DNA from: Thermodesulfovibrionales bacterium
Lineage (GTDB): Bacteria > Nitrospirota > Thermodesulfovibrionia > Thermodesulfovibrionales > SM23-35
Direction of reading: 5' to 3'
DNA length: 64,000 nucleotides
Assembly: GCA_963715195.1 (NCBI GenBank)
Contig: CAVQRT010000003.1
Span: 32,001-96,000, forward strand
The notes under the pieces are model-generated. The model did not search any database. It was not told the origin of the DNA and worked only from the letters and a program-made list of their open reading frames with translations. The position numbers and the translations under genes are program-made. Below, in pieces: positions 30,094 through 40,273 of the stretch (its first letter is position 1; the number at the start of each line of letters is the position of its first letter).

Positions 30094-30190
30094 CCCGGAT
30101 AATTTTGCGTAATTCGCGATAGAAAAAAAAGATACAGCAAATTGCTTTTTCTGGTATAATGCTACAAATTTTATAAATAAGGAGGAGTAC

Positions 30191-30463
30191 ATGACAAAAG
30201 CTGATCTCGTCGACAAAATGGCAAAAGATGCAGACATATCAAAAACTGCGGCAGGGAAGGCTCTGGATTCCCTCATTGATACTGTCACCAGAACCCTGAA
30301 GAAAGGTGATAAACTTGCTCTTGTCGGGTTCGGCACTTTTTCTGTAGGCAAGAGGAAAGCCAGAACAGGCAGAAACCCCCAGACCGGTGCAACCATAAAA
30401 ATCCCTGCACGAAAAGTTCCGAAGTTCAGTGCCGGGAAATCACTCAAAGATGCTATAAAATAG
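30191..30463 (+). CDS. hup: DNA-binding protein HU
   Basis: [40 protein letters not shown]. Confidence 0.97.
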   Translation: MTKADLVDKMAKDADISKTAAGKALDSLIDTVTRTLKKGDKLALVGFGTFSVGKRKARTGRNPQTGATIKIPARKVPKFSAGKSLKDAIK

Positions 30464-30490
30464 ATCCAACCGTCTTCATTACACATAACC

Positions 30491-30522
30491 GGGGCGGCAT
30501 CAACAGGTTGCCGCCTTTTTTT
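30491..30522 (+). terminator. Intrinsic terminator of hup
   Basis: GGCGGC...GCCGCC followed by T7. Confidence 0.8.
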
Positions 30523-30608
30523 CGCCGCAGTAACAGTTTTTGTCATCCCGCAGCCATAGAAGCACGTTTTTTCGTCAATAATTTCAATGTCTTGTGAGTT
30601 CTTTTCTA

Positions 30609-30624
30609 TGGCACAAAACGTGCT
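30609..30624 (+). promoter_or_regulatory. sigma54 (-24/-12) promoter
   Basis: TGGCAC-AAAAC-GTGCT with exact GG-N10-GC spacing, ~20 nt before ATG 30646. Confidence 0.6.
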
Positions 30625-30645
30625 TATATTACTGAATTGAATCAT

Positions 30646-33063
30646 ATGTCGACTGAACCAAGAACAGATCCTCATACCGGAAAAAAGAACGCCGTTCGGT
30701 GCTGGGAGGAATTCGGCTGTGCCGACCTCGCATGCCCGGCTTACAATTCCGGATCCTTCAGATGCTGGCTTTTTGCCGGAACCCACTGCCACAATCAGAT
30801 CCAGGGCAGGTTTATCGAAAAAATGGAAATGTGCCTGAACTGCAGTGTATTTCGGGTAAATATGGACACCGAATCCCTCCAAGAAACCCTCGAAGTTACC
30901 AGGCATCAATTTAACCAGTTCAGACAGCTTGTTGATGACAGAGATAAGGAAGCAGAGAAAATCAGCATGGAGCTTTCGATAGGATTGTCAGAAGTCTTCG
31001 ATGCGTTGAAAAAAATCGCTACCGGTGACCCAACCATACGGCTGTCAGAAAATTCAGAGATTGAGCTCATCAGCAAACTGAAATGCATGGTGAACCTGAC
31101 TGCCGAGGAAATCGGTGAAATCGTCAACCTCTCCCATGAGTTTGCCATTGATCTCGCCGAGCATTTCGATGTGCTTCACAGGGTTGCAAAAGGCGACCAC
31201 AGCTCTCGCGTCACCGGCAGCTCCCGTACTGAATTGTCGGAATCCCTGAAAAAAGTAACCAATGAGATGATCGAAAATATAGAGCGAGAAATTGCAGAAC
31301 GCAAGAGGGCAGAGACAGATTTACGCAAGAGCGAGGAACGGTACCGGAGTTTCTTAAAGAATTTCCAGGGCATTGCTTTCCGGGGCAGAATGGATTTTCG
31401 ACCGATTTTCTTTCACGGCTCCGTGGAGGATATTACGGGGTATAATCCCGACGTATTCATGAGCGGGCAGGTGAGATGGGATCAGGTCATCCATCCCGCT
31501 GACCTGGATCACCTTGCCGGTAACGATGAACTGCGTTCTAAGCCGAACTATTCCCTGTCACGGGAATACCGCATCATCCGGAATGACGGGGAAATTCGCT
31601 GGGTTCATGAAGTCATACGGAATGTTTGTGATGAATCCGGAATTCCGATACGGGTTGAAGGAGCAATCTATGATATTACCGACCGGAAGGTGGCACAGGA
31701 AAAAATGCTTCATATGGCTTTCCACGATGACTTAACCGGCCTTCCGAACCGCCATCTGCTCAAAGACCGCCTCAATCAGGCAATCAAGACAGCCCAGCAT
31801 CACAACCGGCTGGTTGCTACCCTCTTTCTGGATATAGACAATTTTAAACGGGTTAATGATACCCTCGGACATAATGCTGGTGACATGCTCCTCAAAAATG
31901 TTGCCGAGCGTCTGCAGGACTTTGTCCGCAGAAGCGACACAATATCGCGCTCCTCAAACGAAGGCAGCGACCCCACCATCGCGCGTCTTGGCGGAGATGA
32001 ATTCACGGTATTACTTTCTGAAATCAATACGATTCAAAATGCAGCACAGGTGGCGCACCGCATCCTTGATATCATCCGGCATCCGTTCACGATAGACAAT
32101 CATGAAATATTTGTCACATCGAGCATCGGCATATCCGTCTATCCGCATGACGGCATCGAAGCCGAAAGCCTGCTGAAAAATGCCGATACCGCGATGTACT
32201 ATGCCAAGGATCAGGGAAGGAACAATTTCCAGTTTTATGCGAAGCATATGAATACAACAGCCTGCGAGCGCTTTGAGATGGAGAACAAATTACGCAAAGC
32301 CCTCGATAACCAAGAATTTCATCTGTATTACCAGCCGCAACTGGACATACGCAGCGGCAATGTTGTTGGGGTTGAGGCGCTCATACGCTGGATCGATGCA
32401 CAGAACAATGTGATTCTCCCGGGCAGATTTATCTCGCTGGCGGAAGACACAGGCCTGATTGTTCCCATCGGGGAATGGATTCTGAACACTGCATGCAGAC
32501 AAAACAGGGCTTGGCAAGATGCCGGCTTCGCACCCATGTATGTTTCCGTAAATATATCGAGTGTTCAATTCAGGCAACCATCGTTCATCAGAACCGTTGA
32601 TGAGGTGCTGCAGGATACCGGATTGAACCCCCAGTATCTTGAATTGGAACTGACAGAGAGTATCCTCATGGAGACAACAGAATCTGCAATACAAACCCTG
32701 AATGAGCTGAAATCCATGGGTGTACGGATTTCGATTGACGATTTCGGCACCGGATACTCATCCTTAAGTTACCTGAAGCGTTTCCCGATCGACACCCTCA
32801 AGATCGACCGTTCTTTTGTGCGCGATGTGACTTCGGATCCCGACGATAAGGCAATAATCAATGCAATCATCGCTTTGGCCAGGAGTCTCAATCTCAAGGT
32901 TATTGCCGAGGGCGTTGAGACGATACAGCAGCTTGTATGCCTGCATGAACAGGGGAGCGATGGGATGCAAGGGTACTTATTCAGTCCACCGCTGCCGAAA
33001 GACTCTCTGACACAACTACTGAAAGAAGGGAAAAATCTCAAAACCTGGTGGGTTCTCTCCTGA
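30646..33063 (+). CDS. Diguanylate cyclase/phosphodiesterase (Cys-rich N-terminus, HAMP-like, PAS, GGDEF, EAL)
   Basis: CWEEFGC..CP..CW..GTHC..CLNC; PAS ending DITDRK; intact GGDEF, EAL and DDFGTGYSS. Confidence 0.93.
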   Translation: MSTEPRTDPHTGKKNAVRCWEEFGCADLACPAYNSGSFRCWLFAGTHCHNQIQGRFIEKMEMCLNCSVFRVNMDTESLQETLEVTRHQFNQFRQLVDDRDKEAEKISMELSIGLSEVFDALKKIATGDPTIRLSENSEIELISKLKCMVNLTAEEIGEIVNLSHEFAIDLAEHFDVLHRVAKGDHSSRVTGSSRTELSESLKKVTNEMIENIEREIAERKRAETDLRKSEERYRSFLKNFQGIAFRGRMDFRPIFFHGSVEDITGYNPDVFMSGQVRWDQVIHPADLDHLAGNDELRSKPNYSLSREYRIIRNDGEIRWVHEVIRNVCDESGIPIRVEGAIYDITDRKVAQEKMLHMAFHDDLTGLPNRHLLKDRLNQAIKTAQHHNRLVATLFLDIDNFKRVNDTLGHNAGDMLLKNVAERLQDFVRRSDTISRSSNEGSDPTIARLGGDEFTVLLSEINTIQNAAQVAHRILDIIRHPFTIDNHEIFVTSSIGISVYPHDGIEAESLLKNADTAMYYAKDQGRNNFQFYAKHMNTTACERFEMENKLRKALDNQEFHLYYQPQLDIRSGNVVGVEALIRWIDAQNNVILPGRFISLAEDTGLIVPIGEWILNTACRQNRAWQDAGFAPMYVSVNISSVQFRQPSFIRTVDEVLQDTGLNPQYLELELTESILMETTESAIQTLNELKSMGVRISIDDFGTGYSSLSYLKRFPIDTLKIDRSFVRDVTSDPDDKAIINAIIALARSLNLKVIAEGVETIQQLVCLHEQGSDGMQGYLFSPPLPKDSLTQLLKEGKNLKTWWVLS

Positions 33064-33081
33064 CCCTTCCTGTATGGACCG

Positions 33082-33516
33082 CTAAAGTCTGAGGAGAACC
33101 AGTCCGCTTTCCTGATCCACTTCCCGCTTTGCGTCAATCCCGTCTATCTCGAAAATGACTACTTCAAGAACAAGAAACGTTTCTGACGGGCCCCGAAGAC
33201 ATCCAACCTTGACGGCATCCCTTTTCCCGAAGGAACCGTGGAAATGGATCTTGGGTTCATTTTCGTGCCAGAATATGGTACCGACACCGATGACTTCCGT
33301 GCTCTCCTGAATAGCCCTCCAAACTGGCTTTGGCGGGAGAATCTCCTCCTCGGGACCGACCACGATTTTCCCCGCCTTTATTCCCCCTATCAGATTGAAC
33401 ACCGCACTGCGTATGTTCTCATTTCTTGCAATCACGGCAAGATTCTCCAGAATGTCCTCCCTGTCCTCAAATCTTGCAACAATAACCCTTCCCATCCGCC
33501 CTACCCGGTATTGCAT
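33082..33516 (-). CDS. PPC/DUF296 domain protein
   Basis: EVIGVGTI, PKIHFHGSFG, GCL, LEVVI. Confidence 0.8.
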   Translation of the reverse strand: MQYRVGRMGRVIVARFEDREDILENLAVIARNENIRSAVFNLIGGIKAGKIVVGPEEEILPPKPVWRAIQESTEVIGVGTIFWHENEPKIHFHGSFGKRDAVKVGCLRGPSETFLVLEVVIFEIDGIDAKREVDQESGLVLLRL

Positions 33517-33749
33517 ATTCCCTCCTGAAGAGATTTTCGATGCTTTGTCACTTTGTTTTGTTCGAAGATATCATAAACATTTTCTGAATCACGTTCAAGG
33601 AAACAGGCCGGTCGATTCGCACCGGATGTTCCAGGTCGTGAATTCACCTGCACTTCAATGCTATTATATTCACACCTGTTGCTCTCAAGTGCAGCAGCAC
33701 TCTTGCATGCCTGACAGACCAGGCTGTATGAAATGAAAGGAACTCCCGT

Positions 33750-35543
33750 ATGAGACCTTCTGAATGGAATCTGAAACTTCTCTTTCGAGGCGACGACGAT
33801 CCCCGCATAGCAAAGACGCGAAAAATCGTTGAGCAGAAGAGCCGCGCATTCATCAACAAATGGAGGAACCGCACGGATTATCTCAGAAATCCTGCGGTAC
33901 TGAAGAAAGCCCTGGATGAATACCAGGAATGGAAACGATATTACGGCAGCGAAGGTGACGAAGGATACTATTTCTGGCTCAGAACATCTCAGAACCAGAA
34001 CGATCCTGTTCTGAGGGCAAAATTCAACCTCATTGAAGAGTTCAGCAAAAAGATCCAGAATGATATCCAGTTTTTTACGCTTCGGATTGCCAAGATTCCC
34101 GTCAGATTTCAGAAGAAGTTTATTCAACACCCAAGCCTGAGAAAATACTGGCATTACCTAGAGCGGCTTTTCGCTCAATCGAGATACCTTCTCAGTGAAC
34201 CGGAAGAAAAAATCATGAATCTCAAGTCGCCGGGTTCCTACGGAAACTGGGTAAGGATGACTTCAAGTTTCCTTGCAAAAGAAGAGAGACCGGTCATTCT
34301 GGAAAACGGACAGCGGTCACTGAAATCATTTTCAGAAATAGCGAGCCTTATGAATAGCAGGGAGAAGAGGGTGCGCAATACTGCAGCAAAGGCATTCAAT
34401 GAGATTCTGAATAAGCATGCTGATGTTGCCGAGGCAGAGATCAATGCTGTTCTTGCAAACAAGAAGGTAGATGATGAACTCCGCTGTTTTTCACGACCGG
34501 ATTCAGCCAGGCACATCAGTGATGACATGGACACAGAAGTGGTAGATACGCTGATCACGTCGGTGGCTGGCGGGTTTGACATCCCCTCACGGTTCTACAG
34601 CCTGAAGGCCCGTCTCCTGAGAGTCAGAACATTACAGTACCATGAGAGAAATGTAGAGTACGGGACGATCAGCAGCAAATACCCCTACCAGAATGCTCTC
34701 AACCTCATCAGAAAGGTTTGCGGCAATCTTGATCACACATTCGTGCATATCCTTGATGGTTTCATACGAAACGGTCAATTCGATATCTATCCGAGAAAGG
34801 GGAAAACAGGGGGAGCATTCTGCGCTCACAATCTGATTTCTCAGCCCACGTACATTCTCCTGAACCATACGAACAGACTGAATGACGTCCTGACATTGGC
34901 ACACGAACTCGGGCACGGGATCAATAATGAACTGATCAGGGAAAAGCAGCATTCCCTATATTTTGGCACGCCCGTGTCGACTGCTGAGGTTGCCAGCACC
35001 TTCATGGAGGATTTTGTCCTTCAGGAGATCATAAGGAAAGCAGACGATGAAATGCGCCTCGCGGTTATGATGATGAAACTGAATGATGAAGTATCCACCA
35101 TATTCAGGCAGATCGCATGCTACAGATTCGAGCAGGAACTGCACGAACGGTTCAGGAAGACAGGATACCTCTCGAAGGAAGATATCGGGCAACTCTTCCA
35201 GAAACACATGAAATCCTATATGGGCAATTCTGTGGAACAATCTCCCGGCTCGGAGAACTGGTGGGTATATTGGGGGCATATCAGGAGCTTTTTCTACGTT
35301 TATTCTTATGCGAGCGGTCTTCTGATCTCAAAATCACTTCAGAACTCGGTTAAGAAAGATCCCCGTTTCATCGGTAAAGTGAAGGAATTTTTATCAGCAG
35401 GACTATCGGATTCCCCGAAAAATATTTTTCGTGGGCTCGGGATTGACATCACTGATAAAAAATTCTGGGTCAGGGGGCTCGAAGAGGTCGAAACGCTCCT
35501 AAACGAAACAGCTCATCTGGCAACAAAGCTCGGAAAAATCTGA
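33750..35543 (+). CDS. pepF: M3B oligoendopeptidase F
   Basis: GKTGGAFC, TLAHELGHG, AEVASTFME, FYVYSYA. Confidence 0.9.
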   Translation: MRPSEWNLKLLFRGDDDPRIAKTRKIVEQKSRAFINKWRNRTDYLRNPAVLKKALDEYQEWKRYYGSEGDEGYYFWLRTSQNQNDPVLRAKFNLIEEFSKKIQNDIQFFTLRIAKIPVRFQKKFIQHPSLRKYWHYLERLFAQSRYLLSEPEEKIMNLKSPGSYGNWVRMTSSFLAKEERPVILENGQRSLKSFSEIASLMNSREKRVRNTAAKAFNEILNKHADVAEAEINAVLANKKVDDELRCFSRPDSARHISDDMDTEVVDTLITSVAGGFDIPSRFYSLKARLLRVRTLQYHERNVEYGTISSKYPYQNALNLIRKVCGNLDHTFVHILDGFIRNGQFDIYPRKGKTGGAFCAHNLISQPTYILLNHTNRLNDVLTLAHELGHGINNELIREKQHSLYFGTPVSTAEVASTFMEDFVLQEIIRKADDEMRLAVMMMKLNDEVSTIFRQIACYRFEQELHERFRKTGYLSKEDIGQLFQKHMKSYMGNSVEQSPGSENWWVYWGHIRSFFYVYSYASGLLISKSLQNSVKKDPRFIGKVKEFLSAGLSDSPKNIFRGLGIDITDKKFWVRGLEEVETLLNETAHLATKLGKI

Positions 35544-35600
35544 TAGGATAAAGATACCTATATCCATAAACTGGATGGCAGATATTGCGAAGAACAGAGA

Positions 35601-36797
35601 ATGAACATAGCATACATTGACTGTTTTTCAGGCATCAGCGGTGACATGTGCCTCGGTGCCATCATTGATGCCGGCCTGCCCTTACGGACACTGGAAAAGG
35701 AACTGAAGAAAATTCCGGTAGCAGGATACCGCCTGAGGGCAAACAGGGTGCAACGCGGACACCTCATGGCGTTGAAAGTGGATGTTGTACTTAAACCGGG
35801 ACTCGGGGTCCAGGTTGCAAGAAAGTGGAAAGACGTCCGGAAGATCATTCAGGAGTCCACACTTCCTCAGGTTATCAAGAAAAAAGGTCTGTCTGTTTTC
35901 AGAACACTCTTTGAAGCTGAGGCGAAAGTCCATGGCGGAAGTCTTCAGACGGCTCACCTCCATGAGCTCGGTGCCGTCGATTGTATAGTAGATGTTTTTG
36001 GAACGATTATCGGATTGCATCTGCTCGGCGTGGAGAAAATATATTCATCTCCGGTAAATCTCGGAAGCGGTTTTGTAAGGACAAAGCACGGTATCCTTCC
36101 CATACCCGCACCGGCAACAGCGGAAATACTCAAGGATATACCGGTATATTCTCACCACGTCCGGGCCGAACTGACAACACCTACTGGTGCAGCGATCATC
36201 AAAGAACTGTCCTCCGGCCACGGCGGCATCCCGACGATGAACATCGAAAAGATCGGGATTGGAGCAGGCAGCCGTGACTTCAGAGACTGGCCGAATGTCC
36301 TGCGTATCTTTACAGGCGCTGCCCATTCACTTCTGCTGGCGGGCTACAGGACGGCTGTTCCGGAAGAAATGATAACCGTCATTGAGACAAATATCGATGA
36401 CATGAACCCTCAGGTATTCGAGCATATTATGGATATGCTCTTTCAAGCCGGTTCCCTTGATGCCTACCTCACACAAGTGATTATGAAAAAAGGGAGACCG
36501 GCAGTTAAACTGACTGTCCTCTGCGATACAAAGCGCCGGGAACCGATTGCGAAGATCATCCTCGGGGAAACCAGTTCTATCGGACTGAGATACTATGAGG
36601 CCGGAAGGTGCGTCATGCAGCGGGAGATTAAAACCATACATACAAAACTTGGGAAGATCCGGTATAAGTTTGCAAAGCTGGGGAATGAAATCATGAAATC
36701 TTCCCCTGAATATGAGGACTGCCGGAAAATTGCTCGGCGACTCAACATCCCGCTCATTGAAGTCATGAAGAAGATACAGCAAACAGAAAGTCCGTGA
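35601..36797 (+). CDS. larC: Nickel pincer cofactor biosynthesis protein LarC
   Basis: DCFSGISGDMCLGA, AEAKVHG, HELGAVD, PAPAT, ETNIDDMNP, MKKGRP, PEYEDC. Confidence 0.93.
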   Translation: MNIAYIDCFSGISGDMCLGAIIDAGLPLRTLEKELKKIPVAGYRLRANRVQRGHLMALKVDVVLKPGLGVQVARKWKDVRKIIQESTLPQVIKKKGLSVFRTLFEAEAKVHGGSLQTAHLHELGAVDCIVDVFGTIIGLHLLGVEKIYSSPVNLGSGFVRTKHGILPIPAPATAEILKDIPVYSHHVRAELTTPTGAAIIKELSSGHGGIPTMNIEKIGIGAGSRDFRDWPNVLRIFTGAAHSLLLAGYRTAVPEEMITVIETNIDDMNPQVFEHIMDMLFQAGSLDAYLTQVIMKKGRPAVKLTVLCDTKRREPIAKIILGETSSIGLRYYEAGRCVMQREIKTIHTKLGKIRYKFAKLGNEIMKSSPEYEDCRKIARRLNIPLIEVMKKIQQTESP

Positions 36798-36853
36798 CCC
36801 GAATATAACAGGCCACGGACTTCGGGATCTGCCAGGGTGCCTTGCCGCGGAAA

Positions 36854-37012
36854 CTACTTATGGGTTTTAAGACCCATATCCCATTTCTTATTTTCTTCCA
36901 TTAACTCTTTCAGCTCGTCATACATCTTGGTAATTCCTATTTTACAGGAGACACAAATGCCGTCTTTCTGATACGTATTATTGTTGCACTGCGCACATTT
37001 CCTGACTTTCAT
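36854..37012 (-). CDS. 52-aa zinc-ribbon-like micro-protein
   Basis: AGGTGG RBS; MKVRKCAQCNNNTYQKDGICVSCKIGITKMYDELKELMEENKKWDMGLKTHK. Confidence 0.7.
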   Translation of the reverse strand: MKVRKCAQCNNNTYQKDGICVSCKIGITKMYDELKELMEENKKWDMGLKTHK

Positions 37013-37072
37013 GTTTTCGATCACCACCTTTTATCGTATTACGTGTCTTTTTCATCTCTCTGTCTATGCACA

Positions 37073-38539
37073 TTATTTTGCTGATAATGTCACATACATG
37101 GTCGAACCTTTCCTGAATATGAGGAGGAGGATATTCTCGTCCTGACGTATTCCGGAAACAACTTCCTCGTAATCCGTTACGCTGTTTATCCTTTTTCTGT
37201 TGATTTCCATAATGATGTCGTTCTTCAGTAACGCGCCCTCAGCCGGACTCTCATCATCTATGTCAGTAATAACAACGCCTGTTACACGCTTTGGGATATT
37301 GAGGGTTTCCTTCAACTGAGGCGTCAGGCTCTGGACAGAGACGCCCCTGAATTGAGTATCAATTAATTGGGACTGTGCATGAATTTCAGAGGGCATCTCG
37401 GCAATCTTCACCTTAAGAGTCTTTATCTCCCCATCTCTGATGAGCCTAACTGACACTTCATTGTAAGGAGCTACTTCAGCCACCACATTCCTTAGCTGTC
37501 TCACATCCTTTACCTGCACACCTTTGAATTCAGTAATGACATCTCCTCTCTGAATTCCTGCTTTTTCTGCAGGGCTGTCTTCGACAACATCACCGACGAG
37601 CACACCGTTATCATCGCTTAGGTTAAACTGCTTAACGAGATCGGCGGTCAGTGGCTGAATCGAGACGCCGAGCCATCCTCTGATAACCTTGCCACTTTTG
37701 ATAAGGCTTTCCATAACGTTCTTTGCCATATTGCTCGGTATAGCAAATCCGATTCCCTGGTAACCACCTGATGTGCTGAATATTGCCGTATTAATTCCGA
37801 TGAGCTCACCCCTGATATTCACCAGGGCACCGCCTGAATTCCCAGGATTAATAGCAGCATCAGTCTGAATAAAATCTTCGTAGTCTGCAATACCTACATT
37901 CGCCCTTCCCGTTGCGCTCACGATACCAGTAGTAACTGTCTGTGTCAATCCAAAAGGATTGCCTATTGCAAGAACGGTTTCCCCGGCTTTCAGGTTATCG
38001 GAATCACCAAGCTGAACGACCGGTAAATTGTCCGAGTCAATCTTAATTATGGCAAGATCGGTTTTCTGGTCCGTTCCTATGACCTTGCCTTTGAATTCCC
38101 TTCTATCGGAAAGCGTCACGGTAATTTCATCAGCACCCTTAATGACATGGTTGTTGGTAAGGATATATCCGTTCTTATCTACGATAACCCCTGAACCGAG
38201 CCCTGACCTCTTATGTTCCCTCGGCCTTTCAAAACTTCTAAATTCATCTCCGAAGAATCTCTTGAAAAATGGGTCTTGAAAAAATGGTGCTTGTCGCTCA
38301 GCCGTTTTGACGGTCTTAACTGACGATATATTGACTACAGACGGCTTCACGGCAGCAACAACTTCTGCCAATGCCTGATTCGTTTTTGAAAGAACGTCCA
38401 AGGCTTCTCTCGAAATCTTTACATCGTCTGCATAACTCTCCTGATGGAACGAAAGCGTCGAAGAAATGGTAAGCCCGGCAATAAGTCCGACTGTAATGAG
38501 AATTGCAGCATAAGACAGAATTCTTCCTGAGAATATCAT
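37073..38539 (-). CDS. degP: DegP/DegQ (HtrA) serine protease with 2 PDZ domains
   Basis: LTNNHV, TDLA, QTDAAINPGNSGG, RGWLGV. Confidence 0.93.
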   Translation of the reverse strand: MIFSGRILSYAAILITVGLIAGLTISSTLSFHQESYADDVKISREALDVLSKTNQALAEVVAAVKPSVVNISSVKTVKTAERQAPFFQDPFFKRFFGDEFRSFERPREHKRSGLGSGVIVDKNGYILTNNHVIKGADEITVTLSDRREFKGKVIGTDQKTDLAIIKIDSDNLPVVQLGDSDNLKAGETVLAIGNPFGLTQTVTTGIVSATGRANVGIADYEDFIQTDAAINPGNSGGALVNIRGELIGINTAIFSTSGGYQGIGFAIPSNMAKNVMESLIKSGKVIRGWLGVSIQPLTADLVKQFNLSDDNGVLVGDVVEDSPAEKAGIQRGDVITEFKGVQVKDVRQLRNVVAEVAPYNEVSVRLIRDGEIKTLKVKIAEMPSEIHAQSQLIDTQFRGVSVQSLTPQLKETLNIPKRVTGVVITDIDDESPAEGALLKNDIIMEINRKRINSVTDYEEVVSGIRQDENILLLIFRKGSTMYVTLSAK

Positions 38540-38678
38540 ACGTTTCTTTGTATACCTCCTTGTGATTTTTCTGTTATAAGCCTACAGGAATTTTATGAAG
38601 AAATTTCGAAGACACTGTGAAAATATTATGAAGATGCTTGAAAAGCAGGAAAAAACTACAAGCCGCAGCAAAAAATGC

Positions 38679-40139
38679 TTATTGATTCGAGAGCGTGATG
38701 AACAGGGAAGAACCGCCCCTGAATATAAGGAGCAAAATATCCGTATCCGCTTTTATCAGGGAAACAACCTGTTCATAGTCACTCATGCCGGTAATCTTCT
38801 TTCGGTTAATTTCCTGAATGACATCCCCTTTCATGAGGAGCATCGAAGCAGGGCTCTCTTCATCGACATGCGACACGATAACACCCGTTAACTTCTTCGG
38901 AAGATTCAGTCTGCCGGATAATTCAGGCGTAAGTTCCTCAACGGATACCCCGGCAAGCAGGTTATCATAGGCTCCTTTCGATGGTTTCAGCATATCGGCA
39001 GGCAGATCGAGGATGGTAACTTTCAGCGCATGTTTCCTGTTCTCTCTGATAATCTTCATATCGACAGTCTGTCCCGGGGCGGTATTGGCAATCAGATTTC
39101 TCAGCTGATTCGGTTCCTCAATCTTCCTGCCTGCACATTCGATTATGATGTCACCCCGCCGGAGTCCGGCTTGTTCCGCTGGGCCTCCTTCAACGACATC
39201 TCCGACAAGGACTCCCTTCTCGTCTAGCAAATTGAATTGTTTCGCGAGTTCAGGAGTCAGGTTCTGCACCGTAACTCCCAGCCACCCCCGAATGACCTTG
39301 CCTGTGCTGATAAGACTGTGCATGACAGATTTCGCCATGCTAGTTGGAATGGCAAATCCTATACCCTGATAGCCGCCGCTTGTGCTGAAGATAGCAGTGT
39401 TGATACCGATAAGTTCTCCCCGGACATTCACCAATGCTCCGCCCGAGTTTCCTGGATTGATTGCTGCATCAGTCTGGATGAAGTCCTCATAATCGGCTAT
39501 TCCAACATTTGCCCTTCCGACGGCACTGACGATGCCCATAGTTACGGTCTGACTTAACCCATAGGGAGTCCCGATTGCAAGCACAGTCTCTCCGACCCGC
39601 AAGCGGTCAGAATCGCCCCAGGTTATCGTCGGAAGGTTGTCGGCTTCTATTTTGATGATCCCGATATCCGTCATTGGGTCTGTGCCGACAATCTTTCCCT
39701 TTAACTCCCGTTTATCCGACAGGGTGACCTTAATTTCATCAGCACCCTGAATAACATGGTTCGCTGTCATGATATAGCCCTTCGGATCAACAATAACACC
39801 GGACCCGAGGCTTGCCGTCCTCCGTTCTCTTGGAACCCTGGACTGGTCCCCAAAAAACCTCCTGAAAAAAGGGTCATCAAAAAAAGGGGTCATTCCTCCC
39901 TGCATCCTTACGATTCTCATTGTCGAGATATTCACAACTGCAGGTCTCACCGCTTCAACAATCTCTGCCGTTGCCTGTCCGATCTTCGACAGGACATCAG
40001 AGGAGTGAGGGGAAATCTTCGCATCGCCGGCGTATGCCTCAGTGAAGCTTGCGCTAATGATAACAATACTGATCACAGCGGCGAGCAATGCATGTATACT
40101 ATGAAAAATGGGGAATGAAACGCTTTTTTCTGAATTCAT
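38679..40139 (-). CDS. degP: DegP/DegQ (HtrA) serine protease with 2 PDZ domains, tandem paralogue
   Basis: MTANHV, TDIG, QTDAAINPGNSGG, RGWLGV. Confidence 0.93.
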   Translation of the reverse strand: MNSEKSVSFPIFHSIHALLAAVISIVIISASFTEAYAGDAKISPHSSDVLSKIGQATAEIVEAVRPAVVNISTMRIVRMQGGMTPFFDDPFFRRFFGDQSRVPRERRTASLGSGVIVDPKGYIMTANHVIQGADEIKVTLSDKRELKGKIVGTDPMTDIGIIKIEADNLPTITWGDSDRLRVGETVLAIGTPYGLSQTVTMGIVSAVGRANVGIADYEDFIQTDAAINPGNSGGALVNVRGELIGINTAIFSTSGGYQGIGFAIPTSMAKSVMHSLISTGKVIRGWLGVTVQNLTPELAKQFNLLDEKGVLVGDVVEGGPAEQAGLRRGDIIIECAGRKIEEPNQLRNLIANTAPGQTVDMKIIRENRKHALKVTILDLPADMLKPSKGAYDNLLAGVSVEELTPELSGRLNLPKKLTGVIVSHVDEESPASMLLMKGDVIQEINRKKITGMSDYEQVVSLIKADTDILLLIFRGGSSLFITLSNQ

Positions 40140-40273
40140 CGTGCCTCCTGCACTGTAACAAGAATAGCACTAATATAACATGTATTATTCATGAAACGCG
40201 CACATGGTCCCACAGTGAGAACGTTAAGCCGAATATGCTCTGTATGACCAGAGTGCCGTAGAGGAGCGATACC

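Noticed and set aside
30019..30909. 296-aa minus-strand ORF
   Set aside because: Antisense shadow of hup and the GGDEF-EAL gene; no family motifs
33501..34154. 217-aa minus-strand ORF
   Set aside because: Mostly antisense to pepF; no motifs
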